A DNA stretch of 64,000 nucleotides from the human T2T-CHM13v2.0 reference genome, Homo sapiens (GCF_009914755.1 NC_060937.1); one strand, 5' to 3'; counted from the stretch's first letter, positions 16,021 through 30,871 are shown. Notes: generated by a model not told the origin, from the sequence alone. Made by a program: numbers and translations.

Positions 16021-16942
16021 TTAATTAATTAATTAAATATATGTATATATTTATCATATTTTTACATGATTTTTATATATGATAAATGAACCAATTAGAC
16101 TCCATTATGTTTTTCAATGCCCCACTCCCCAAATTTGCCACCATTTAAAATTCACCAAAAGCTAAAATTTGGATCATTGCTTTATGACTAAAAAGTCTGT
16201 GAATCTGCTACCAACTATAAAATCCCTTCACAAGTGTATATTCCCTTAGGAAAGATCAAATTCATCAGAAGGGCAACTTTCAAGAGTATGAATTTTAAGC
16301 CATATTAAGAGTTCTTCCCAAAGCATCTCAGAGAAACATGTTCAGAAGTCCAGCCTCATGGCCACAGCCCAAACAATCCTGGAGTTATTTTAGTGCTCTG
16401 CGATATTTTCGTCCCCATCCTTTGTCCTCCTTTTCTATAGTATCGATTTCAGGATTAGTATCACTATCATATAACTACACACACACACACACATTAAAAA
16501 CCTGTATGTAGGTATATTTTCATGTTGCCATTTGCTTCTGATTATCCTTGATCTACATGCATATATGCTTTTAAAATAATGAGCCTTATTTATTTTTCCA
16601 ATTTCATTTTACCTTAGAACTGTTCATTTGCATAAGAGTAGTCAGTGAAATGTATACTTCTAATTGTTCATTTTTACTTGTGTCAAAACCAGATATCCTT
16701 CATCTTTTTTTCCTGACTTTACATCGTTCACAAGCACAACCCATTTCCTTCAAAATTTTCTCACTGCACACAGTAATTTTCCAGTGGTAGGAAAGAATGC
16801 TTCATGGGTATTTCAAAACATCTTCTGTCCTAACCCTTCGTTCTTTTCTCACTTTGGATCTCTGGTGTCTTCCCACACAAAAAGGGGAATATGCCATCTC
16901 CCTTTAGGAAATCAAGATTCTAAAATATCTTTCCTCTCTTGA

Positions 16943-17322
<380 letters not shown>

Positions 17323-19344
17323 TAATTTATTTTTTAAGTAATAAGCTTTAATCAGTTATGATAAAACATCAGTTATGAACCACATTGTTAGTTTTTGTTA
17401 CTCTTCTTTCACTATTATATTTCAGTAAATATTGCCAAATGCATTTTAATTGTCTTTGATATTTTAATAGCTTCATGTACCCTTGAAGAGATGTGCTGCC
17501 AGTCTAATTATTTTCAAAAAGTTAAATTATCCCTCAAATGAGACTTTCTTCATTTTAAAATTTCCTCATCTACCCATAGTGTTTGTTGATAGATTTCCTC
17601 AACTATTTTCTAGGTCTCTTGTTTTCTCTTGTGTTGTAATTAATCAGTTAGTGTTTTCATGCATAGGGAAACACATGTTGTTCTCATCAAGTTTCTTTCA
17701 GTTGCTTACTTAATCTTCTTCACAGCTTCCAGAAATATCTTTACTCCATCTGTAGAATTACAGGTTTAGAATACAGTTTCCTTTCCAGGTTATTGACTCT
17801 GTTTTCCCCTGTGATGTTGCAATTTTTGTTCACTAGCCAAGGAGTATTAACTGGTGTACTCATTCGTTTGGGAACTTAATTTTTTGGGTTCTATTATTTT
17901 CCTTTTTTAGGTGACATTATTTTTTTTTTACTGCATATAGAAATAAGGAATAACCTGACACTAGATGTTACTTCCTCTACCGTACCATCTTTCCAGAACG
18001 CCATAGACTTGTACCACAAAATACAGTCATTTTTAAATAGTTGTGCTTGATTTTTTTCTTGTTAACTTCCTATGATGATTGCTGCACGGTATAGTAAAAT
18101 AGATGAGCATATTATTTTAAAAGTATTTTTCATGCCTTTAACAGGCTTTGTTTGCTGTGTAAGGTTTGAACACTAAGTGATAATGACCCATAATATAAAC
18201 TAATTCATGCTCATAGATCCCTCCAAGTAGGGATTTCGAGTAAATTAGAGGCAATCTTTTTCAACCGAGCAACTTTTCTTAGAGCACAGAACAACTGCCA
18301 TCCTCTGCCTTGATGCGGGGAGCTGCAATTGCTGAAGGTAGATACGTTCACGACCTAAGTTAGAGTTTAGCCTTTAACCTTACCAAGGGTATCATTCCAA
18401 CAGCCATCTACCTCACCACCTAAAGCAGGAAAACGAAATGTCTTTTCTTTTGTCATTGGCTTTCTACTCCATTAAAACTATAGAGAATAGTTGGTATAAC
18501 TGTAAAATATAGAGCCTCTTCCCAAGGTTAAAATGGGTTGTTATATTTTGTCTTTCACACACACAAAAAAGACCTCCTGCTTCTTTTTCCTTCAAGCAGG
18601 GAAAAGTGGCAAGTCTGTCTTGAACCATTGTGCCTTTCACATTCTCCTCCCCAAAGCCATTTAAGCTCCTTCGACCTGCTTCTCTATTTCAAGAGGTCTT
18701 TTCTTTACATTTGCATAACTTAAAGGTATCTATCTCCATAACAAAGAAACCCATTGCCTGGAAGGTGTGTTGGAGTTTCCACTTCTCACCTAATAAAGAC
18801 TTCTTGCAGTTTTTAAATAATGAAATGTGAGAGACTGGGGAGATTACACTCTGTCATCCATGCCTCCGGCTTTTTTCAAAACCCATGGGTCTGGGAAATC
18901 TGATACAATTCTGCATAGTCTGCAAGACATAGTGCTATGCATTTATTGCATTCAAGTTGTTTTCATCCCAATTGAGTGCTGACTGTGTACCTGGCTCTGT
19001 CTGTCAATGAACAACAAAGACAAAACTTTCTCCCCTCATCCAACTAGTAAAAGGAGCACCTGTCCTGAACAAAATGAGGAAGTTAAATGTGTATTATATA
19101 GCTGTGAATACTATTAAAAAAAAAAAAGGAAAAAGGGGAGATTTGGAGCTAGGGTAGAGAGAGCTGTAAGTCATTCAGGCAAAGTTCCAAAGGAAGGAAG
19201 AGTGTTACAGGCAAAGACTAATGGAAGGAACAGGCCTGGAGACTGGAGCATGCCTGGGGTTTTAGAAGAACTGCAAGGAAGCTAAAGATAAGAACCCAGA
19301 AACTACAGCACTTAGAACTCCTATGACTAATATATGATTTCGCA

Positions 19345-19731
19345 TTTTCTTTTTTTATTTTATTTTATTTTATTTTATTTTATTTATTTATTTATTTATT
19401 ATTATTATACTTTAAGTTTTAGGGTACATGTGCACAATGTGCAGGTTACTTACATATGTATACATGTGCCATGCTGGTGTGTTGCACCCACTAACTTGTC
19501 ATCTAGCATTAGGTATATCTCCCAATGCTATCCCTCCCCCCTCCCCCCACCCCACAACAGTCCCCAGAGTGTGATGTTCCCCTTCCTGTGTCCATGGGTT
19601 CTCATTGTTTAATTCCCACCTATGAGTGAGAATATGCGGTGTTTGGTTTTTTGTTCTTGCGATAGTTTACTGAAAATGATGATTTCCAATTTCATCCATG
19701 TCCCTACAAAGGACGTGAACTCATCATTTTT
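19345..19731 (-). mobile_element. 5'-truncated young L1 3' end (L1PA2-like)
   Basis: TTATACTTTAAGTTTTAGGGTACATGTGCAC...CCCACTAACTTGTCATCTAGCATTAGGTATATCTCCCAATGC...GAGAATATGCGG; (TTTTA)n tail. Confidence 0.93.
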
Positions 19732-22700
19732 AAGCTTTCTTGACCCTGTTGCATCTGAGATCTCTAAGCTGTCTTAAGAACTCCGTAGCACACAAAAGGA
19801 GTTAGAAGCATCCTTCAGCATTCCCTGAAGCTTAGGCCAGTGTATTCTGAGCAACCATTTCTTCTAAATGCATAGACCCTCATGAAACCTTTTTTGGATC
19901 TATTTTTGTTTTTCTTACCCCTGGCTGTGTTCGTAATTGCTTCACGATGACATCTCATTGACAGATGCAAGGCTGCTGACACCACGCCAGACTCTCTGAA
20001 ATGAAATCATTTGACACCTGAGGGGATCTGGGCCTTCTGGACTCTTCATTCCTGGCTGAGAACTCTGTGCCCTACTTTGAGGGTTTGAACCCTCAGGGAA
20101 GAAGCTAACTTAGGAATTCTCGTTGCCCTCATTGCTCATCTCTGAGCTACCTTAGCACCTCAAAAAGGGCCCGCAAATCCTGTCCCTTTCTTTATTCACA
20201 AACCTCAAATTTTGGTGACAGAGTGCAGGTGCCACAGGGACTTAGAGTCATGGTTGAACAAGGAAGGGCTGTACGTTCAGATGCCTACAGAGGCTACTCC
20301 GGTCACATATGTCAGCGAGAAGTTAGATAAGTGAGATCCACAGCAATTGTGAGCTTGTGTGTCTTTAGGGGAGAGCGAATTCTCAGATCTAGCCAGTCAT
20401 TGAAATGTGGAAATAACAGTCCAGTGTTTCCAAATCTTATCGTAAAAGACAAGACAGCAATCCAAATATTTGTATGAAATTTCCTGATGTTTTAATGCTG
20501 ACAACTAGTAATCCCCCCAAAACAAACAAACAAACAAACAAACAAAACCACTGTTGAATTACACCAAACAAGAGCTATCTGTAGCCTGGGTTCTGCCTGG
20601 GGGCTCTCATTCTATGACTTCTGAAACAATCATCTTTGATCCTGTCACTCATTGTCCATTTCATGGTGTTTGTGGGAGTTTAAAATTTTTTAAATAAGAT
20701 GTGGAACAAGGATGGCAAATAATTTCTAAATTGCATGTCACCTCTGATTTATTAGCAGTGGCTGCCGTGAGCACTACATTTAGGATTCTGAGGCTGTTTC
20801 TAGGTCTGCAGAAAAAGCATGTGTTAAATTATCAATGTTGAATGATGGTACACAAGGCCTGTATTTGCAATTCCCCAACCAAACAATCCCCATGAAGGTT
20901 AGTGTTGGTGCTTGAATAAATGATTTCAGTTACTCCTCCTCCTTTCTTAGCTCTTTAATTCAAGTGTGCTTCTCTCATCTACTGTTCCCCAAGGCCTGGG
21001 AAAATGGAGCACTGACTTTCAGCGAATGGCGGAGGCGGGGGTGGGGTGGGGGTCCTGCCAGGTCATCAGGTGTCTTTGCTTATAACTCATGAGGCATAAA
21101 TCAAGCCAATGCATTCAACACTACAGGAGGAGAGTAACTGATCTATCACTCAGACACCTGTTATAATTTTTTCAGATTTCTTGTGATGTAAAAATATCAG
21201 AGCAAAGTTGTACTACTCTAGACCAATCAGGCTCCAGATGATAAATATTTTAATCTGAGTTGGTATTCTAGCTCATTTTAATATATCAAAATGAGTTTAC
21301 TTTGGAATAAAAATGACCTTAAATACAAATTTCAGATACTTTATTTTAAAGAGAAACAATAAAAACCAACACTGGAAAACAACCTACAACATTTAATTAT
21401 TTTTAGTGTTTTAGTTCTTGATAGGGAAACTGAACCCAAGAAAGTAATTGAAAAATGTTATCCTCCACAAGTATATCTTAGAGGTAAGAGCATTTGAATG
21501 TTAAGAAATATATATTTTTAAACGTCCACTTATGTTTACTTTGGAAGGAATTTCTTATAGAAAAATGCTAGCAAATAGATAAGTTCTTACCTACTAATTC
21601 ACTCTGTTTTCTCATAATCTTCTGACAAAATTTCAGTCAAAGTAATCAATGGTCTGCAAGCTCCCAGTTTCCAACAATTGCTAACTCAGTAACTAACATC
21701 AACTACTTGAGTCAATAGAATAGGTAGTAGTTGGCCTATATGTGATTTTAGACCACATATAGAGGATTTGATATAAAAAAATCTCCCCACAATGCCCCAA
21801 ATCTCTTCTTCATCAACACGATGTTGATGCCTGAAACTCAGCAATCAGACTCCTTCTGAATTTTTATAATTCATTATTGCAATATTGTTTAATTGGAGTA
21901 TCAAAATGTCATTGTCTTTGAGACTATTAAAAAATAGTGCTTCAATATAAACTATTTATTGTCTACAGTACATTCTTCCATTTATTTGATTCTGATTATA
22001 TAGATTTCTTCCAATTGTAACTTGTAGGTAGCTAATGGCATTGCAAAATAATTTTTGTCCATAGACATGCAACTGAACTGTTCTCCCGCTGTGGAAAAAA
22101 TAGTTTTGTCTCCATTTGCACATTTATTTCAATAGTCTTGATCTAGAAATGTGTCTGTTTAATTGTTTGTTTTTGGATTTTCTTTTGAATTGCTTATAAT
22201 ATCTGCCTAGTTCTCTCACTGAACAATGAGTTAAGTAAGATCTTTAATACATGTTTGCTTTATATCTGTATGAGTCATGATTTTACTTCTTTTTGAAAAT
22301 TATCTTTTAATGATATTTTCCTATTTGATCAATATAAATTCTTGACAAGTAATTCCAATATTTATCCACATTTATGAAAAAAGACCCTTTGAAAAAGTAA
22401 GAAACTTGATTAATAATTTGCAATTTTATTTTATTCTACCAAAATGTTGTTGATAAATGTGTTTCTGAAAAGCATATTCCACAGCTATGTGTCCTGACCT
22501 ATTTTATCCTTAAAATCTTATTTAACTTCAAATTTTGGAAAATGTAATAAGGAAAATAAACAATTAAAAAGCAATTTAAAAAGTAATTATTGAGCACGTG
22601 CTCTATTCCAGACTTGCTCAAATATCTGACCAAGGATCCCGGTATGCGTCTCACTTTTGAAAAGCCCTTTTAAAGTCCATCTAAGAGCAAATTCATTTCT

Positions 22701-24224
22701 CTAGCATCTACTGAAAAACAGCCAGTCAAAGAATATGTTCCACACCCTCCAAGTGTTTCTCCAATGTAACAGCCACTGTCAGCAGGGTGACTGGGCCCCT
22801 TCCCCAGGCTGTCACGTCTGATGCTTCCTTCAGTGACCCGGCCTTCTAATTCAGCTTAACCCTTCTCCCTTCAACCTCAGCCCTGTCACCAGGACAGCCT
22901 CTCATTCCACTCAGTCCTGCCTTCCAGTGGGAATCGGATGAGCGACTCTACATCCATGGTGGTCAAGGAAATGGGTTGCCGTGATGTGGGAGTGGAATTC
23001 GAGGTGCAGACCTTCTATTGTTTAGAAACAGAGCTATTGAATCCCCCAGGGTAAACCAAAACTAAGAGTGCTGAGGAAGACCTAGAGTCAGAGGCCGTAA
23101 CACTCCCATGAATGTAGGAAAGTAACTTGAGAACAGTTGACGTAGTAAATAAAAGAGGAGCTTTTGCATGATAGCAGAATAGTCTAGAATCAGCAGTGGG
23201 AGCAAGATAAGCAAGATGGCAGCACTACTCTCCTGCCCTAGAGGGATTACAGTCTTGAGAGGGAGACAGACCAACAAACAAGCAATTACAATATTGTCTG
23301 ATCTGTAGATGATCAGGGAATTCTAAGGATGCCCACCGAAGGTAAATGGATCCCAGTCTGGGTCAGTGTGGAGTATTCACAAAGGGAAGAATTAATGGGG
23401 AACTGGGCACTGTTTATTCAACATGATCCAGAGAGAAACACTAAATATGAGCAAAATGAACTTTCCAGTCACTGGGAAAGCATCTCTGTAGGTGAAGTAG
23501 AAATGATTGAATAAGCATCGCCACAGAGCAATGAATCTCTCCCATGCTTACTGATCAACATTCTGATTATTAGTGTATCTTCCTGGGTACCCTAATCTCA
23601 GCAAAGGAACATCCTGGATGGGGGATACATGCACTCCAGCAACTAGAACTGGATATCTCCCACTATAAATTACCCAGGACTCTTGCGAGTAGATTGCCAT
23701 GAATCTTCTTTCCTGAGGCTTTTCCACTTTGAGAAATTGACAGGGCTGAAGGCCAGACTGGGGGCCTTTCTAAATTCACCAAAGGTAATGCCACCTGTGA
23801 GGCTTCTTGGCAGGCAGTTTTCAGCATTCTCCTGGAAGCACCCTAACCTTCTCTACAGCGCCTTTGAAATTTTTAACAATGGGCATAGTGAATATGAATT
23901 AGATGTCACTATGTCACCAATCAGCTCTGTGGAAACATAAAACCTCTTTGTTTTGATGGCTACACATACTTTTATTTGACAAGCCCTGTAACTGCTCAGC
24001 ACCAGAAAAACTAAATTGGTCCATTCAGAAAACTTGGTCCAACCTAGTAAATTTTTCAGTTTCTGCTAGCTTAAAATTGAGCATCTCTCAGGTAAATATT
24101 CAATCAAATGCAAGTGTAATTCTGTCACTGTCCAGTTCAATGCTCGTTCTCTTCCTACAATCCCTCCACTGTCCATCCAACTCTCAGGAGGCCTCTGAGA
24201 GGCCTCTGGCCCAACACCTGTGCA

Positions 24225-24711
24225 GTGGAAGACCTAAAATTAAGACCCAATACTATGTGCTGCCTTGACATCTGGAAAAATCAGCAGGACCTCAAATGGC
24301 CTGATCCCAAGTTCACCTCCTGCTCCCATGGTTAAAGTCCCCCAGTCCAAAAATTCTCCTTAGCCAGTGGACCAGGCACAGTTTCTGCTTATCCCTAAGT
24401 AGTGGGTTTCAGTTCCCAGCCTACCTAAGGAATTATTCACACAAACCAATCACATCCTCTCACAGAAATCAGGAGTCACCTCACCCTCTTGATACTACAG
24501 TCTGCCTTTCCCAGCCCTGGCTCGTTCACTCAGTTTTCGAGTGGAACTCTCATGTGACCCTGCATGGCGTGCTGTGTTCTCCTTCCCCAGGTTATGAGGA
24601 CATGTAACTAATAAAGTTACAACACCTCCTCTGCCCAGTGTTGGGAGTCATGTGTTTGGCTATCCCAGTAACTCTAAAGCATCAAAGGGTAAATAGGAGG
24701 TGATTAAAACA
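24225..24711 (+). mobile_element. ERV-class solo LTR (family uncertain, possibly LTR47-like)
   Basis: About 490 nt with LTR-like composition, AATAAA near 24610 and a CA terminus (GATTAAAACA). Confidence 0.55.
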
Positions 24712-25339
24712 CCCTGCACTAACCAGCAGGACGGAATGGAGATGCGTCACCTGACCGGCTGCATGGTGGCTGTAAGGTGGCTTCCTCAGGTGGGTCTTGC
24801 TGGTAGCTAGAGTCCTTCCCTAGTCTAGTCTCTGGCTCTGGTGTTTTATCACTACCAGCTCTTTGGAGTGGTCTGGTAGGTGGTGGATAACAGCCTCGAA
24901 AGGCTTAGGGCGGCTTCCAGGTTTGGGTAATCCAATAAGGTGATCCTTACATGCTAAATCCTCCAAGGTCTACCTCACAGGCTTAGGACATGAGGTCTTG
25001 TCCCCACTGAGAAACTTCTTGTGAGATGGCTGACAAGCCAGCAAGGACCTCAGCTACCTAGTTCCCTAGTTAATTCCAAGCCTACAGGAAACCTAGAAAT
25101 TTCCCCCAGCTGAGCTTGGCTCCAGAGGAAGCTGAAGGTGATCTTTGCCTTCTCTTGCCTCATATTGCTATCTCCTCAGGGTCCTTCTTGCTCCAAAGGC
25201 GACAGAGGATTCTGCAGATTCTATTGCTCAGCAAACTCTAGAAATTGTGTGTCATTTTCTTACTTATCTGCCTACAGCTGCAAAACTAAAAATGATGCTT
25301 TAGAATGTTTCTCGTGTGTAGACATGTGGTCAGAATAAA

Positions 25340-26385
25340 TCTTCTCACTCAAATGCTCTCTTTTCCTCCTTTTAGTGTCCTCTCCTGACTCTCCTTCCTT
25401 TCACAGCCAAGCCTCAAGAATGGTTCTATGCTCACTTCCCCTACTTCCTCCCATCACATTCACTCTTTGCTGCAGTCTGACTCTAGTCCCTGAAACTCCT
25501 TTCCATAAAGTCATAATTTATCCTCAAATTGTGAAATTCAATGACTATGTCCTGGCCTTATTGAACTACAGTGTGGCACAATGTGCTGCCCACTCCCTCT
25601 TTAAAACTCTCACTTTAGTGTTAGTGACATCATTCTTGCCTAAGTATCATCTCCTTCCCTGAGCATCTTTCTGTCTCATGCATGCAGGCTCTTCCAATTT
25701 CCCCTCAGTGATGGTGCTGCCACTGCTGAGGACCTGCTTTTTGCACTGTGCTCTTCCATCCATATAGTTCTCATTAGGTGACCACATGGAAGCCTCTGTT
25801 TTCCTTCAACTACCACTGTGTATGACCCAATGCCTCCAGCTCCTTCTACTGAGCTCAGACATCATCCCCGGGTTCTGGACCCACATAATGTGTTCTTTAT
25901 TTGAAGAGAAATGATGACTTTATGGAAAAAAGTTTCTGCCTGAAACTTGCCTAGGCACTTTATACTTAACATGGATTATAAGCCCTTCTTCCCTCTGTAT
26001 TCCCCTAGTTGAAGGCACATTCATCCAAGGACCTAGTATTCTAGCCATTCTGTCTGCCTCTTCTATCCTCATTGCCTAAGAGTCTGATTTTACTTCCTAA
26101 ATGTACATGTTTGGGCTCTTTTCTTCCCTTCTATTGCACTGCCATGGTCTTGGTTTAGGCCCTCATTGCTTTTTGCCAGGATTATTGTTCTCTCAGCCTC
26201 TAGACTACACAAGCCCTTTCTCCTACCCAACCTCTACCAGAGTGATTTTTTAACTGTAAATCTGCTCGTGTCAGGTTACCTTCCTGCTTAAAACCTTTCA
26301 GGATTCCGTCACATTCAGGATAAAGGTCAAACTCCTCAGCTAGGCACACTAAGCCCATCATTAATACTTTGGCATCACACTCCAC
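25340..26385 (-). mobile_element. L2 relic
   Basis: Pyrimidine-rich L2-like text, e.g. CTGCTTAAAACCTTTCAG...CAGGATAAAGGTCAAACTCCTCAGC. Confidence 0.65.
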
Positions 26386-26549
26386 AGTACTAGTTGTGAG
26401 AGTGTAGACAAGTTACTTAACCTTACTATGCCTCAGTTTCCTCCATGTGTAAAATAGAGATAAGATAGCACGTGTGATAAGATCATTGTCAGCACAGAAT
26501 GAACTAAGGCATATAAAGTACTTAGGCACGTAGTAAGCAATCTGTTTTT

Positions 26550-26726
26550 TTGCTTCTTTGTTTGTTTATTTTTTAGACAGGGTCTTACTCTGTCACCAAG
26601 GCTGGAGTACAGTGACATGATCTCAGCTCACTGCAACCTCTTTGCCTCAGCCTCTCAAGTAGCTGGGACTACAGGAGCATGCCACCATGCCCAGCTAATC
26701 AATGTTTGTTTGTTTGTTTGTTTGTT

Positions 26727-26773
<47 letters not shown>

Positions 26774-27095
26774 CTTTCTTTCTCTCTTTCTCTCTTTCTC
26801 TCTCTTTCTTCCCTCCCTCCCTTTTTCCTTCCCTCCCTCTCTTCCTTCCTTCCTTCCCTCCCTCCCTCTCTTCCTTCCTTCCTTCCCTCCCTCCCTTTCT
26901 TCCTTCCTTCCCTCCCTCCTTCCCTCCCTCTCTCCCTCCTTCCCTTCCTTCCTTCCCTCCTTCTTTCCTTTTTTTTGTAGATATGGGCTTTCACTGTGTT
27001 GCCCAAGCTGCTCCAGAACTCCTGAGCTCAAGTGATCCACCAGCCTAGGCCTCCCAAAGTGCTGGGATTACAGGCATGAGCCACTGCACCCAGCC
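26550..27095 (-). mobile_element. Alu (AluJ-like) with expanded middle linker, inserted in a MIR
   Basis: Both arms present; perfect TSD AGCAATCTGTTTTT (26536-26549 and 27096-27109); MIR core CCTCAGTTTCCTCCATGTGTAAAATAG upstream. Confidence 0.9.
26704..26977 (+). repeat. (TTTG)n-(TTTC)n-(CCTT)n compound microsatellite
   Basis: Directly visible pyrimidine tract between the two Alu arms. Confidence 0.96.
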
Positions 27096-27898
27096 AGCAA
27101 TCTGTTTTTGATAGTAGCTATCTTTATTACCATTTTAAAATCTCACCTCCCTTCTCTTCCCTTCCCTTCGGCCACCATACTGGTCTACTTGACATTTCTG
27201 AATATTGCCTGTGAGTTCATCCTCCTGGGCTTACTTATGGTCCTGCTTCCTCTGTGTGTAATACTTTCCCCCTCTTTCTTCATCTAGCTAACAGGTACTT
27301 AGTTTTAAAGACCCTTCTCACATCACTTCTTCCAGAAACTCTTCCTTGATCTTCTTGCTCCAGTCGGGGTTTAATTTTCCATGTTTTTGTAACTCTTCAT
27401 TAATACATTTATCCCAACACTCAATAACTCTGCATTGGGCTTGATTACATGTTTGTCTCCTATACAAGACTGTGGATTCCTTAAAGGCAGAATACAACTT
27501 TGTCTGAGTTCCAACGAAAGGGCTTGTCAATGTTGAACCAGGGATTCAGTAAATGACTGCTGGGTGAATTAAAAGATTGCATCAGGTGCTCAGAGACTCT
27601 AGCACACCTTTGCTTCAAAAAGCACCTTACTTCAAAATTATTATCTCATTTCTTCCTCTATTTAAAGTCCCTATTTGTAAATTGTGAAATTAGGCACTAT
27701 TAGTTTACTGTCAGCGATGAAACTAAGCTAGTCAGCTGAAAATTTATTACAATTCATTTATACTTCTAAAGCGTATATTTACCCTTTCAAACAAGGAACT
27801 TGTAAAGATAATAGGATGAATTTTAGTGATGAGTTTTAAGGAAATATAATAGGAGGAAAGGGTGTAGTGTGAGAAGATAGGAAGAATAATTTTTTTCT

Positions 27899-28090
27899 GC
27901 CCAGGCACAGTGGCGCATGCCTATAATCCCAGCACTTTGGGAGGCCAAAGCAGGAGGATCACTTGAGGCCAGTAGTTCAAGGCTACAGTGAGCAATGATC
28001 ATGCCATTGCACTCCAGTCTGGGCCACAGAGGAAGACTCAGTTTCTAAAAAAAAAATTAAATACAGAAAAAATAAAAAAATAAAAAATAA
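27899..28090 (+). mobile_element. Alu monomer (FLAM-like)
   Basis: Single ~130-nt arm plus A-rich tail. Confidence 0.8.
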
Positions 28091-28289
28091 ATTTTATGGG
28101 AGAGTTGCTTGGAACTCCTTAAATAACATCAAGTGGGAATCCAGCCTCTACTGGTAGGGGTAAGCTGATGGCCTACTATATGAGGGGATTTGACTGGAAA
28201 AGCACCCAGAAGCTTTTCATAATTAAACTAGTAGCTGAAATACTGAACTAATATCACTAATAAAAAGGCAGCCTGACAACAAAAGAACT

Positions 28290-28590
28290 AAAATCTTGAT
28301 ACATGATACAACATGCTAAGTGAAGGAAGCCAGACAAAAAAACCCATATGCTTCATGTGTATGAAATGTCCAGAATAAGCAAACCCATAGTCAGTGAGTG
28401 GATCAGGGGCTGGGGAACAGGGAGTGATTTCTAATGAGTATGGGTTTCTTTGGGGCTGATAAAAATGTTCTGAAATTAAATAGTGGTGATGGGTGCATAA
28501 CCCTTTGAATATACTAAAATCTACTGAATTGTACATTTTAAAAGTGTTATTTTTATGATATGTTAAATTATATTGCAATAAAAATATGTC
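28290..28590 (+). mobile_element. Old L1M (L1MB-like) 3' end
   Basis: ATGCTAAGTGAAGGAAGCCAGAC...GAAATGTCCAGAATAAGCAAA...CTGAATTGTACATTTTAAAA...AATAAAA. Confidence 0.75.
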
Positions 28591-28860
28591 AGAAAAAAGT
28601 GATATTCCAGGAAATACTGACAATAGAAAAAAAACAGCATGAGTTATTTATTATACTATTTGAAGGTCCACAAATAAAATTATATTTTCTAAGTATGAAG
28701 GATTATATAGCAAGTCATTTTAATAGCTTACATAAAGCAGTTTCATATTTCTTTTCCTCTAGTTTCACAGAACTCTTTTGATGTATTGTGTCATTAATTA
28801 ATAGGCTCTAAAAACTACCGTTGTGTTAGTTGGTGTTTTGTTTCTGTTTTAAACTTTCAA

Positions 28861-29147
28861 TTTTTTTTTTTTTTTTGAGATGGAGTCTCACTCTGTCACC
28901 CAGGCTGGAGTGCAGTGGCTGGAGTGCAACCTCCACCTCCCAGGTTCAAGTGATTCTCCTGCCTGAGCTTAACAAGTAACTGGGATTACAGGCACCTGCC
29001 ACCAAACCCGGCTAATTTTTGTATTTTAGTAGAGACGGAGTTTCACTATGTTAGCCAGGTTGCTCTCAAACTCCTGACCTGAAGTGATCCACCCGCCTCA
29101 GCCTCCCAAGGTGCCAGGATTACAGGTGTGAGCCACCACGCCTGGCC
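28861..29147 (-). mobile_element. Alu (AluSx-like); donor of a local duplication
   Basis: Full reverse Alu; flanks TAAACTTTCAATTTTT / TAAACTCAATTTTT are TSD-like. Confidence 0.92.
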
Positions 29148-30086
29148 CTAAACTCAATTTTTTAAAAAATAATTTATTTTGGTTTTATAATGGTCTCAAT
29201 TTAGCTCATTCAATCAAAACAATAACCTATACTACTTTCGGTTCAATTCAAATGTTCCTTTTGACTATTAATCCCAGTTTTAAGATGAACATTTATAACT
29301 ATCCAAGTTGATGCCACAGATATGCTGTAATTAATAACATTTTATGTTTCCTTTTATTTATCATAGTGATATAATTTTATATTACTGTCCACCATAAATG
29401 TCAGTTGAACAGAGGCTTAATTGAAACATTCTTTAGATCACAGAAAAAGATAGTGATGTTATGCTTGAAATATTTCTCGAAGATTATACAAGGTTAAGAA
29501 GTCATTGAACAAATGTTTATTGGAGGTCTACTATGTAAACTATGGCTCTCGGCCTTCTTATATTTCCAAGTGTACCTTGAAAACCAACTCTTCTGAGCAA
29601 CAACTTGGAGAGATTAAATGTGCCACACACGTCAGCACTAATTACACTGAAATCCCAGAAAATCATGGCTCATAGTGTCTGTGAAAGTGTCCAGTCAGCA
29701 CACTATTTAGTTGTTTACACTTTTACACTGAGGCCTTGTTGAAGAAGAAGAAATAGTCTCTTCCTTGACAATCCTCTTTTATATACTCAGACATAAGGGT
29801 TATTTTATGTTATAGTAAACACACATAATCCAGATATCCCAAAATTTTCTAAAATTTGATGTCTTGTTTTTTATAATACCCAAATAAAACAGCTCCTCCT
29901 CTTTACACTCTCTGGGATACCAGCACCCTCCCTTCTCCTCCATCAGTATTTTCTTGCACCTTTCAGAGGTGCACATTTTCTCAGATGTTGCAGCTGCTTT
30001 CCCACTGTGGTTTGACCATGAACCATTATTTGTGGCTTCCATGTTAGTTGTTATCCAGTTAAAAGCAGAAAACAGTCTAGGGTTCT

Positions 30087-30810
30087 GTATTTGTCAGCTT
30101 GAACTACTATAACAAAATGTCACAGACAGGGTGACTTAAGGAACAGAGATTTATTTATTATCTATTTTATTTATATCTCACAGTTTTAGACTCTAAAAAA
30201 TTCAAGAACAAGATGCCTTGGTCTTACCTTCTCTCTGCGTCCTCACCTGGCAGACACTCTGTTGTCTCTTCTTTTAGGACACCAACGCTGTTGGACTACA
30301 GCCCCACCCTTGTGACCTTGTTTTATCTTTATCACCTCCTCACACAGTCACATTGGGCACAGGGCTTCAACATATGAATTTGGGTGGGGGGAAGGGACCC
30401 AATTCAGTCCATAGCATTTCTTCTGCAGCCCTCCAAAATTCATGTTCTCACATGTAAAATACATCAATTCCATCCCAACAACCCCAAAGGCCCTAATTCA
30501 TTCCAGCATCAACTCCAAAGTCCAAAGTTCCATCTAAACATCATCTAAATCAGATATTGGTGAGATTGGAGGTATGCTTTATCTGGCTGCAAAATTCCTC
30601 TGCAGCCATAAACCTGTGAAACCAGGCAGGTTATGTGTTTTCAAGAGCATACAGTGGTGGGACAAGCATAGGATAGACATTCCCATTCCAAAAGGGAGAA
30701 ATCAGACAAAAGAAAGTGGTGACAGGTCCGAAGAAAGTTTAAAACCTAGCAAGGCAAATTCCATGAGATCTTCAGGCTGGAGAATAATCCTTTTTAGTTT
30801 GATGCTCAGT
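30087..30810 (-). mobile_element. MaLR (MLT1) LTR plus adjoining internal sequence
   Basis: CTATAACAAAATGTCACAGAC...CTTCAACATATGAATTTGGG...CAATTCAGTCCATAGCA, then MLT-int-like CCAGCATCAACTCCAAAGTCCAAAGT. Confidence 0.72.
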
Positions 30811-30871
30811 TATGTAGTTAAAAGCTACAGTTGTCTGTTAGTTGGTGTTTTGTTTCTGTTTTAAAGTTTCA

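Noticed and set aside
23995-24012. CTCAGCACCAG, RE1-like left half
   Set aside because: No right half-site follows.
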